From an uncultured Planctomycetota bacterium (GTDB lineage Bacteria > Planctomycetota > Planctomycetia > Isosphaerales > Isosphaeraceae), in NCBI GenBank assembly GCA_963823665.1, contig CAWGMQ010000004.1:864001-928000 (forward strand): a DNA stretch of 64,000 nucleotides, read 5' to 3'. Each line of letters begins with the position of its first letter. Position 1 is the stretch's first letter. The notes under the pieces were generated by a model, which saw only the letters and a list, made by a program, of their open reading frames with translations, did no database searches and was not told the origin of the DNA. Below, piece by piece: positions 45,857-55,302 of this stretch. The position numbers and the translations under genes were made by a program.

Positions 45857-46602
45857 ATGACCATGCGACGGCGTAGCTGGATTGTCGCTTCGGCCCTTTC
45901 CGTCGCCTCCGGGTGTAACGGAAGCTTCACTTTCGGACCGCCGGCCATCCCCGGTAGCGGCATCGCCAACGACGAGGCCCGGCCGATCGAGGCATTCCAC
46001 GCGCTCGCCGCGCGAAACGCCCTTCAAGTCAAACTCGCCGTCATCCAGGGTGCAAAACCAAGCCTGAAGATCAGCGGCGACGACAACCTGGTGCCCTTCG
46101 TCGAGTCGGTCGTCCAGGACGGCACGCTGATCCTGCGGATGAAGCGGCACACCAACATCAGTCCGAAGCTCCCGCTGCTGGCCGAGGTCGTGACCGATCA
46201 ACTCGATCGCGTAGGCGCCTCCGGCGCCACCAACGTCAAGGTGACCTTCGACAAGAAGGTCGAGCAATTCACCGCCGATGCCAGCGGCGCGGCACGCCTC
46301 TCTGTCACGGGAATCCAGACGCCGAAAGCCGTCGCCACCGCCGAAGGTGCTTCCCAGCTCACGCTCACGGGCATCGCCGAGTCGCTCAAAGTCGACGCCT
46401 CCGGTGCAAGTCAGGTCAAGGCCGAAGACCTGGTGGTAGACGACGCCGACGTGTCCATCAACGGCGCCACCAGCGCGGACCTGCGCCGAGGAGGAGCGTC
46501 GCGGGCAACGTCTCCGGCGCCTCGAACCTCAACCTCTACGGACAGCCCGCCAAGCGAAGCGTTTCGACCTCGGGCGCCTCGAAGGTGAACGACAAGGGGT
46601 AG
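45857..46602 (+). CDS. GIN/DUF2807 beta-helix lipoprotein; frameshift near 46486
   Basis: ASGC lipobox-like sequence, GSG, GDDNL, repeated SGAS; the shifted frame continues SVAGNVSGASNLNLYGQP...SGASKV to TAG at 46600-46602. Confidence 0.75.
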
Positions 46603-46666
46603 TAGCGGCCGGCGTTCCCCCCGATTATAATCCTCCCATCTAAATTCGTTCCTGGAGGATTTCGCC

Positions 46667-49426
46667 ATGCGCCGCCTGCTCGCGTTCGGTTGGGTTTCCC
46701 TGGTTGGCCTGAGTGTCACCGCGCTCGCCGACCCACCTGTCAAAGTCGTCTCGATCGAGGGTGTAACAGAATATCGCCTGGCCAACGGCGCCCGGGTGCT
46801 GCTCTTCCCCGAAGCGTCGCGGCCGACCATCAGCATCAACATGACCGTGCTCGTAGGCAGTCGCCACGAAGGCTACGGCGAATCCGGGATGGCCCACCTC
46901 CTCGAACACCTGGTCTTCAAGGGCACGCCCTACCACCCGAAGGTGTCGAAGGCGCTTCAAGATCACGGGGCCCAGTTCAACGGCAGCACCACCGGCGATC
47001 GCACCAACTACTACGAGACGATGCCCGCCACGGACGCAAACCTCGAGTTCGGCATTTATCTCGAATCCGATCGTCTCGTCAACAGCTTTGTCAGGGGCTC
47101 GGATTTGCAGTCGGAAATGACCGTCGTCCGCAACGAGTTCGAGCGCGGCGAGAATAACCCTGCTTCTGTTTTGAGCGAGCGGATCTCCGCAGCGGCCTAC
47201 GAATGGCACAATTATGGCAAGTCCACCATCGGCAGCCGGGTCGACATCGAGCGCGTGCCCATCGAAAATCTCCAGACTTTCTACAAGAAGTATTATCAGC
47301 CCGATAACGTCGTGCTGATCATTGCCGGCAAGTTCGAGGAATCGAAGGCCCTCGCCCTCGCCGAGAAATACCTCGGCTCGATACCGAAACCGACTCGCAA
47401 GCTCGATGCCACCTACACCGAAGAGCCTCCTCAAGACGGCGAGCGCGCTGTGACCCTGCGGCGGGTTGGCGCGGTCGGCTCGGTCGGCGTGGCCTACCAC
47501 GTCCCTTCTGCCTCGCACGCCGACGCGGCGCCGCTCAGCCTGCTGGGCGGCCTGATCTCTCAATCGCCCAACGGCCGGCTCTACAAGGCCCTGGTCGAAT
47601 CGAAGCTGGCCACAAACGCGAATGCCCGGTCGGAGAGCTCGCACGATCCAGGCCTTTTCTTCGCTTCGGCATCCTGCCCGCCCGAGGCACTTGATTCGGT
47701 GCGTGATGTCTTGGTAAAAACACTCGAGTCGCTGGGCGATGTGCCATTCACCGACGATGAAGTAAGCAAGGCAAAAGTACGCAGCAAGCGCACCGCCGAA
47801 ATGCTCCAATCGAACAGCCAGGGAATGTCGCAGGCGTTGAGTTCAGCCTCCAGCCGCGGCGACTGGCGGTTGCTGTTCATCGAGCGCGATCGCGTCGCCG
47901 CGGTCACCGCCGCCGACGTCAACCGTGTCGCGAAGACATACTTCCAGAAACCCAACCGCACGGTAGGCGTCTATATCCCCTCCAAGGAATCGACGCGCCT
48001 GCCGGTGCCGAGCGCTCCGCCGATTGACGTGGTCGTGAAGGACTACAAGGGTGGCACCGTCGCGGCTGCTGGCGAAGCCTTCGACCCCTCCCCGGCAAAT
48101 CTGGATGCCCGCACCAAGATCATCAACGAACCCGGCTTCAAAGCCGGCCTCTTGCACAAGCAGAATCGCGGCGAGACCGTCTCGCTCGCGCTCACCTTGC
48201 ACTACGGCAATCCCGAATCACTCAAAGACCTCACGACGGCAGCCGGAATGCTCCCCGGCCTGATGATGGCCGGCACGAAGAAGCACGATCGCCAGGCGCT
48301 GCGCGAGGAGCTCGATGCGCTGGGCATCCGCATCGGCACCGGCGGTGGCGGCGGCGGCCGCGGCGGGCGTCGCGGCGGCCGCGGCGGCGGCGGTCCAGGC
48401 ACGAGCGGGCAGCTCACCTTCTCGGTTGAAGCCAAGCGAGACACACTCCCGCAGGCGCTCAAGCTGCTCGGCGAAATTCTCCGCGAGCCGGCCTTCCCCG
48501 CCGAGGAATTTGAAACTTCCAAGCTCCGCATGGCCTCCATGCTCTCGGCAGGCCGCACCGAGCCGGCCGCCCTTTCGCGCAACAAGCTCACCCGCACCCT
48601 CTCGCCCTACTCCAAGGACGACGTGCGCTATGTACCTACCCAGGAAGAAACGATCGACCGGGTCAAGCAGGTCACCCTCGACCAGATCAAAAAACTCTAC
48701 GAAACGCAGATCGGCGGCTCGCACGCCGAGCTCGGCGTCGTCGGCGACTTCGATCCGGAAAGCACCCTCCGCCTCGTGAAGGAAATGCTCGCCGGCTGGG
48801 AATCAAAGGTCCCATACGAACGAATCGACAACAAGGTGGCGGAACATGGCACCGGCATGAAGGAAGATATCGTCACTCCCGACAAATCGAACGCCGAATA
48901 CCTGGCCGGCCTCTCGTTCCCCGTTTCCGACAGCGACCCTGACTACCCCGCCCTCCGGATCGGCAACCTCATCCTGGGCGGCAGCACGCTCGCCTCCCGT
49001 TTGGGCGACCGGATCCGTCAGAAGGAGGGCCTGTCGTACGGAGCCACCTCAGCGCTCACGGCGTCGTCCCGCGACCCGGTCGCTTCGCTCACGGTCACCG
49101 TCAGCACCAACCCGGCAAATATCGACAAGGTCTCAACCGCGGTCATGGAAGAGCTTCAGCGCTTCCTCAAGGACGGTCCGACCGACAAGGAGGTAACCGA
49201 CGCGAAGCAGGCCTACGTGGAAGCCCAGAAGGTGGGCCGCACCGGCGATGCGGCGATTGCGGGCCAGATCGTTGGCAACCTGAACACCGGCCGCACGTTC
49301 GCCTTCGACGCCGACCAGGAAAAGGCGATCCTCGCCCTCACTCCGGAGAAGATCACCGAGGCCTTCCGCAAGCACGTCGATCCCAACCGCCTGGTCATCA
49401 TCCGCGCAGGAGACTTCCACAAGTAA
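46667..49426 (+). CDS. M16-family (pitrilysin-like) zinc peptidase
   Basis: Signal peptide; GMAHLLEHLVFKGT inverted zinc motif; EMTVVRNE; RIRQKEGLSYG. Confidence 0.94.
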   Translation: MRRLLAFGWVSLVGLSVTALADPPVKVVSIEGVTEYRLANGARVLLFPEASRPTISINMTVLVGSRHEGYGESGMAHLLEHLVFKGTPYHPKVSKALQDHGAQFNGSTTGDRTNYYETMPATDANLEFGIYLESDRLVNSFVRGSDLQSEMTVVRNEFERGENNPASVLSERISAAAYEWHNYGKSTIGSRVDIERVPIENLQTFYKKYYQPDNVVLIIAGKFEESKALALAEKYLGSIPKPTRKLDATYTEEPPQDGERAVTLRRVGAVGSVGVAYHVPSASHADAAPLSLLGGLISQSPNGRLYKALVESKLATNANARSESSHDPGLFFASASCPPEALDSVRDVLVKTLESLGDVPFTDDEVSKAKVRSKRTAEMLQSNSQGMSQALSSASSRGDWRLLFIERDRVAAVTAADVNRVAKTYFQKPNRTVGVYIPSKESTRLPVPSAPPIDVVVKDYKGGTVAAAGEAFDPSPANLDARTKIINEPGFKAGLLHKQNRGETVSLALTLHYGNPESLKDLTTAAGMLPGLMMAGTKKHDRQALREELDALGIRIGTGGGGGGRGGRRGGRGGGGPGTSGQLTFSVEAKRDTLPQALKLLGEILREPAFPAEEFETSKLRMASMLSAGRTEPAALSRNKLTRTLSPYSKDDVRYVPTQEETIDRVKQVTLDQIKKLYETQIGGSHAELGVVGDFDPESTLRLVKEMLAGWESKVPYERIDNKVAEHGTGMKEDIVTPDKSNAEYLAGLSFPVSDSDPDYPALRIGNLILGGSTLASRLGDRIRQKEGLSYGATSALTASSRDPVASLTVTVSTNPANIDKVSTAVMEELQRFLKDGPTDKEVTDAKQAYVEAQKVGRTGDAAIAGQIVGNLNTGRTFAFDADQEKAILALTPEKITEAFRKHVDPNRLVIIRAGDFHK

Positions 49427-49459
49427 AGCCGAACCGCAAAACCACGGTTTGTTGCCGCG

Positions 49460-49660
49460 GTGTTTTCCCCCGCGTAAGTTGCGTCAAGTTCCCACCCCCT
49501 TTAGAAGGGGGGCTATTGAAAACTTGAAGTATACGGAGTGGAGATTTCCCGCGGCGAATGTTGCGCCAAGTTTCCCCCCCTTTAGAAGGGGGGGCCAGAG
49601 GGGGTCCGTCCCGGCGGCCGCCGTCGGAAAACCTTCGCGCAACTGAAACAGAACGCCGAA
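49460..49660. repeat. Copy 2 of the dispersed palindromic element, partly tandem-duplicated
   Basis: CCCCCTTTAGAAGGGGGG twice; GGGGGTCCGTCCCGGCGGCCGCC and AACGCCGAA shared with 13866-14020. Confidence 0.8.
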
Positions 49661-49938
49661 TCGTTCACCGCAAATAATTGCAATACGCCCCATGATCGCG
49701 CCCGGGGTGCGTTCGCCACCCGAAAGCGGATTAGGCTGGCGCTTTCACTCTTGATCCACCCCTCACCGCGAAGTGCGCATTCACACTCCGAGCGAGGCCC
49801 ATCACCCCGCGCAGCGCCCGCCCAATCCACCTCCCCATCCCACGCCATGATCCCATCTTTAGGCACGGACTTTGCAGGCAATTGAGAGAATCGCACATCG
49901 CCGGTTCTTCACTTCACCAACGTACTGGAGTTGATGGC

Positions 49939-50361
49939 ATGTCATCAATCACAGCACACGAGCCGTTCATCGCCTATGAGTTGATCGAGGACGAACTTCC
50001 GGAAGTCACGGTGATCGAATTCGTGCACGGCGACATCTTGGGGCCGCATCAAGCCCGCGAGCTCCGCGAGCAGCTCGAATCCCTGATGTCTTCGGGCGTG
50101 CCCCGCAATGTCGTCATTGACTTCCGCAACGCGCGGATGCTGGGAAGCTCGGCCTTCGGGGTAATTGCGAAATTTGTGCGCCAGCTCGCGAGAGTGCGTG
50201 CATGCAACATCAGCCACAGCCTGCGCTTGGGCGCGTCGCTCATCGGGCTCGATGACTGGGTTGACTTCGCGCAGAGCCGCGAATCCGCGGTTCAAGCCGC
50301 GCTCGAAGACGCGAGGCGCGGCCGCGAGGAGACTGCGGACTATCCGGTCCTGACATCCTGA
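49939..50361 (+). CDS. STAS-domain anti-sigma-factor antagonist-like protein
   Basis: VTVIEF..GDI...NVVIDFRNARMLGSSAFG...ACNIS. Confidence 0.75.
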   Translation: MSSITAHEPFIAYELIEDELPEVTVIEFVHGDILGPHQARELREQLESLMSSGVPRNVVIDFRNARMLGSSAFGVIAKFVRQLARVRACNISHSLRLGASLIGLDDWVDFAQSRESAVQAALEDARRGREETADYPVLTS

Positions 50362-50404
50362 CAAACCGCGACCGCGGCCCAGCCGATACCGATACCGCGG
50401 GGGC

Positions 50405-50600
50405 ATTCGCCGCGCTCCCTCTCCCGACTTCGAAAGCCGTCGCGCTCCTTCTCCCGACCTCCGAAAGCCGTCGCGCTCCCTTTCCCGACTTCCGACGGCG
50501 CCGCGCCTCCCTTTCCCCCCCTTAAAGAAGGGGGGGCCAGGGGGGGTGCATTTCGGCGTGCGCCGTCACGCAGTCGACGCAAAACAGAAAGCGCCGACAG
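50405..50600. repeat. Three to four ~30-bp tandem repeats leading into a third palindromic element copy
   Basis: (GAAAGCCGT)CGCGCTCC(C/T)T(C/T)TCCCGAC(C/T)TC repeated, then CCCCCCCTTAAAGAAGGGGGGGCCAGGGGGGG. Confidence 0.75.
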
Positions 50601-50806
50601 AAGAACCACGATTCAAAGGCGTGGAGTTCTGCACCGCCGCCCCTCCCCACGACCGCAGGTCTCCCGCCTTCCCGACCCCGGTCAGCCCCCGCCTCACCGC
50701 GCACCCATGCAAGATTTTCGCGCGCCCCGCCATTGCGTCACGCCCGATTGCTGAGAAAATAGAAACTCGTCAGAATCCGTCCGCTTGGTTGAGGGGAGCA
50801 AGCGAC

Positions 50807-53800
50807 GTGCGAATCGATGGACGCGACTCGAAGGAATTCGCACCTCGCACAACCGCCAGCAAGACCGCCCAGCGTCTCCGCTGGTGCGGCCACGACAGTT
50901 TCTTGATCGCGAATGGCTTCATGCTCCGGGCGCCGATGGTCTACTCCTCGCACGAAGCCCCCGTCGACGACGAGCCCTCGTGCATTAACCTGAGCTTGGA
51001 CGCTGAGCCCCCCGGCCGGATCGCCGAGCCGGGCCCGGGCACTTATCCCACCTACGCCGGGCTAAGCCCCGCCCATCGCGCCCGATACCTGCTCTGGCTC
51101 TCGAAAGACCGAGCGTCATCACTGGAACACATCGGATTCGCATTCTTGTACCTGTGCGGATTGGAACGCCGTCTGTTTTTGGAACGCGCAGACCTGCACG
51201 AGATCGTGAAAGAGACCGTTCGGCTTCGCGCCTATATTGCTCCGCTCGCGTGTTCGGCCTGCGCGCAATCAACTTCTGGCGTTCGCGCTCGCCGGCCGTG
51301 CGTTCGACAAGGCCGGCTTTCCGCTCACGAAGCTCGCGTTCGAGAACCCTCCCCCAAACAGCACAAAGGACGATCTGGCCGTCGCCCTGGCGTGGTTCTG
51401 CGAGCACCAGATCCCCCTGCCGGCATCATGGGCTCTGGCCGTCGCGCGCACCGACCGGCGCTTCGCGGATCACGGGTCTACCGCCTCGGAAAGCGACCAG
51501 TCGACGTCGCTGTTCAAGACCCGGTACCTGGAGAGATTCGGCGCCGGCATGCAGGTCGAACCTTCCTCCATCGATCGCCTGGTCCGGTATCATCCCATCA
51601 ACGTATCTCTGCATGATCACCATGAATTCCCAGCGCCCCGACCTGGTCGTTCCGGATCAATGACGTGCTGAACAACGAGCGTCAGTTCACACCTCTGGCT
51701 GACCTGCTGGCACAAATCAGAGGCGAGTTGCCGGGACCCGTTCCTGCAGTTTTCTCCAAGCCAACCGCCCGGCCCCCAGCCCGCAGGATCGCAGCCCCGG
51801 GCGCACCACGTGCAGAGCCCGCTCTTCAAATCGAGACGCCTCCCGCGCAAGAGCCCGCCGCCGAGACGCCTGTTCTTCGCTGGAATCGCAGCGGCGAACC
51901 AATCAGCGTGAAGGGATACCTGCTTCGCGACCCGATGGTTTACACGTCCGTCGGAAAGCCAGCCGAGCCCGAAGCCTCCTGCATCGACGTGAGCCTGGAG
52001 ATCGGCAAGCCGGCCTGGGAAGCCGCCGGCGCCTTGGGTCACTCCCCGACCTATGCGACCATCACCCCTACCCAGCGCGCCAACTATCTCTCCTGGCTGG
52101 CGAATGGTCGCGTTCGCCCGCTTGTCGATATCGGATACGCCTTTCTCTTTTTCTACGGCCTCGAGCGGCGGGTTTTGATCGATCGTGCAGAACGAAGCGC
52201 GATCCTCAATGAATGCCTGCAACTCCTGAAGACCTACACATTTTCGAGCTCATTCGATGGCTATATGAGCCGTTTCCTGGCGTTCACCCTGGCCAGAGCC
52301 GGAATTCAACAGCTCGAGGAAAGGTCGTTCAAGGACGTTTTCGAGAAGTCGAGATTGCAGCGCAACGACGATTGCCTCGCAGTCGCGCTCGCTTGGTTCT
52401 TCAAGAAATCCATCCCTTTGCCCGCCCCCTGGGCGATGCGCGTTGCTCGGCAATATCCGCGGTCACCCGCCAGCATCGCGACCGACCGCCTGCCCGAGGA
52501 GTTCAAAACCCTCTTTGAATCGCGCTATCGCGAACAGCTTGGCCCCGGGCTCGTCCTCAAGGCGCCCAGCCGCAACCGGCCGTTCGGCTACGTGCCGGCA
52601 AGTCTGTCGTTGATTGCCGATGCCGGAATCCGGGAAAGAAGCATTCAGCCGATCGGCATTCCGAACGTGCTGGGAATCCCGAGCCAGTTTGCCCCGCTCG
52701 TTGCCATCTGGTCGAGCTGCGCCGAGAGCTCAAACCCCTGAGCCGCGTGCTGGGGCGAGGAATGGACGTTTCGAGCCGGGAGGCGTACCAGGCTCTACCC
52801 GACAAGTTGAAGGCCACGGTCGAACATCCCGACCAGGAAAAGTGGGATCAAATCGTCTTCGAACACTCTCGCGAGGATGGCTGCGCGCTCGTCGACGTCT
52901 CCACCTTGGCCGCGCTGCAGGGCTTTCCCGAGCGTGCCAGACTCACCCGCTTTCAAAGTGAGGTTCTGGCGCAGACCGCGCAATTCGTCGGCCGCGTGAT
53001 CGAGCCCGACGCGCGCCTCACCGGCCGGCCCTATGCCTGGAAAGACCGGGTCGCGCTCTTGCGCCGGAGCCTCGAGGAAGAAGCCGGGAGGCCTGACGAT
53101 AACTCGCGCTACCTTGCCGCATCCTTGATGCTCGAGCTGGGTATCTACATCGCCGCAGCCGACGGCACCGTCGATGACCGGGAAGTCGACCAGGTCGCCC
53201 GCTTCATCGAGAGTCAGTTTCTGCTGGGTCCGCCCCAAGTGCGCCGGCTGGAGGCGCTCAAGCGCGTGTTCATAGCGCGCCCCCGACACTCGCGGGTCTC
53301 GGCAAGCGGCTCCAGTCCACCCTCACGCACGATCAGCGAGAAGCGGTCGGCCGCTTTCTCAGCGGCGTCGCCCTGGCTAACGGAATCATCGACAGCAAAG
53401 AAATCTCCGCCCTCAAGAATGCCTATCGCGCGCTCGACATCGGCGTCGACCAGCTCAACGTGCTCATCGAGGAATCCCGCCGCGCACGCGACGAGCCCGT
53501 CGAAGTCGAGCACGGAGAAGACTCCGACCCACTCGGCGAGACCATCCCACCCAGACTGCAATCACGTCCGTCAGCGGGCATCGTGCTCGACGACCGCCGC
53601 TTGAGCGCCATCCTCGCGGAGACCCAGATCGTGATCGAGACGCTGGGAAAAGCGATGCTCGATCCAGACACCCCCGAAGAAACTTCTGAGCCCGCCACAC
53701 TCGCAGCGAACGACCCACGCTTTGAATCGCTCGACGCCCGCTATCACGCCATGCTGGCCCTGTTACTCGGCCGCCCCGTGTGGCAGCGGCTCGAATTCAA

Positions 53801-53945
53801 TTCCCTCGCTCGCAGCCACAACCTGATGCCCTCGGGCGCCTTCGACGCCGTCAACGACTGGGCGTTTGAGTTATTTGACGATCCGATCGTCGTCGAACAA
53901 GGCGACCAGTTCCAGATTCAAATTCACCTCCTCGAGTCACTTTGA
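50807..53945 (+). CDS. sngA: Shango SngA-like protein: TerB-N x2, TerB, TerB-C; about five single-base frameshifts as assembled
   Basis: Two copies of PTY..(L/I)(S/T)P..RA.YL.WL...IG(F/Y)AFL...GLERR; AAADGTVDDRE TerB motif; LMPSGAFDAVNDWAFELFDDP TerB-C; frames join at ~51230, ~51275, ~51645, ~52727, ~53283; start inferred at GTG 50807. Confidence 0.8.
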
Positions 53946-55294
53946 TGCCCGATTCGATCAAGCCGCGAGAGCGGGATGCGATCATTCAGTCGCTGCGGGC
54001 CGGCGTCGTTCCCCGCGTCGGCTTGCGCCACCTCCAGGTCGGACGTCTCGACGAGGTGAGCGCCATCCTCAAGGACCTCGAGCGCATCGAGCAGGGCGGC
54101 GCCACCGTTCGCTTCATCATCGGCAGATATGGCGCCGGCAAGAGCTTCTTCTTGAACCTGGCCCGCGCCGTTGCGCTCGAGCGACGGTTCGTCGTCGCCC
54201 ACGCCGACATCACACTCGAGCGCCGGCTGCATGGCTCAACCGGCCAGGCCCGCAACCTCTACGCCGAGCTGATGCGCAACCTCTCCACACGCGCCAAGCC
54301 CGAAGGCGGAGCGATCGCCAACGTCGTCGAGCGCTGGGTGTCCGACCTCGACCACGACATTCGCGCGGCCGGCGGTACCGATGCCGATGTCTTCAAGGAA
54401 ATCAAGTCCCGGCTCAAGCCCTTGCAAGACCTGGTTAGCGGCTTCGACTTCGCCACGGTCGTCGGCCGCTATGTCGAAGGCTTCCAGGCTCACAACGACG
54501 ACTTGATGTCCTCGGCCTTGCGCTGGCTGCGGGCCGAATACCGCACCAGGACCGAGGCCCGCCACGACCTCGACGTACGCTCGATCATCGACGACACCCA
54601 GTTCTACGATTACTTGAAGCTCTTCGCCTCATTCACGAAGCTGGCCGGATATGCGGGCCTTTTGATCAACATCGATGAGATGGGCGTCTTCTCCCACCGC
54701 TTGAACAGCTCGCAAGCCCGCACGGCGAACTACGAAGTCATCCTCCGCATCCTGAACGACTGCCTGCAAGGCAACGTTGCCGGCCTCGGCTTCTTCTTCG
54801 GCGGCACGAACACGTTCCTGGAAGACCGCCGCCGCGGCGTTTTTAGCTACGACGCACTCGCGACCCGGCTCGCCGACAGCACGTTCGCAAACACAGGCCT
54901 CAAGGATTTCTCCGGCCCTGTTCTGCGGCTGGCGAACCTGTCGCCCGAAGACCTTTTCGTCCTCCTGCACAATATCCGCGTCGTCTTCGCTCTCGGCGAT
55001 CCGGCCAGATTCCTGGTCGACGATAACGGCATCAAACAATTCATGAGCCATTGCGCCTCGACATTGGGTGCCGAGTTCTATCTCACGCCCAGAGACGCCG
55101 TGAAAGGCTTCGTCCAGCTTCTCTCCATCATCGAGCAGAACCCCGGATCGACCGGGCAAACCGTCTTGAACGAAATGCGCATCGATCGCTCCGCCGATCC
55201 CGAAGCCGGTCCGCCTGACCCGGATGATGAGCCGCCATCAGGCGCCGCGGCTGCAAAGCCAAGCGACGACGATCTCGCCTCGTTCAAGCTCTGA
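53945..55294 (+). CDS. sngB: Shango SngB-like P-loop ATPase (DUF2791/BrxD-like)
   Basis: IIQSLRAGVVPRVGL...QVGR, GRYGAGKS Walker A, LLINIDE Walker B, SYDALATRL. Confidence 0.88.
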   Translation: MPDSIKPRERDAIIQSLRAGVVPRVGLRHLQVGRLDEVSAILKDLERIEQGGATVRFIIGRYGAGKSFFLNLARAVALERRFVVAHADITLERRLHGSTGQARNLYAELMRNLSTRAKPEGGAIANVVERWVSDLDHDIRAAGGTDADVFKEIKSRLKPLQDLVSGFDFATVVGRYVEGFQAHNDDLMSSALRWLRAEYRTRTEARHDLDVRSIIDDTQFYDYLKLFASFTKLAGYAGLLINIDEMGVFSHRLNSSQARTANYEVILRILNDCLQGNVAGLGFFFGGTNTFLEDRRRGVFSYDALATRLADSTFANTGLKDFSGPVLRLANLSPEDLFVLLHNIRVVFALGDPARFLVDDNGIKQFMSHCASTLGAEFYLTPRDAVKGFVQLLSIIEQNPGSTGQTVLNEMRIDRSADPEAGPPDPDDEPPSGAAAAKPSDDDLASFKL

Positions 55295-55302
55295 TTCCCA
55301 CG

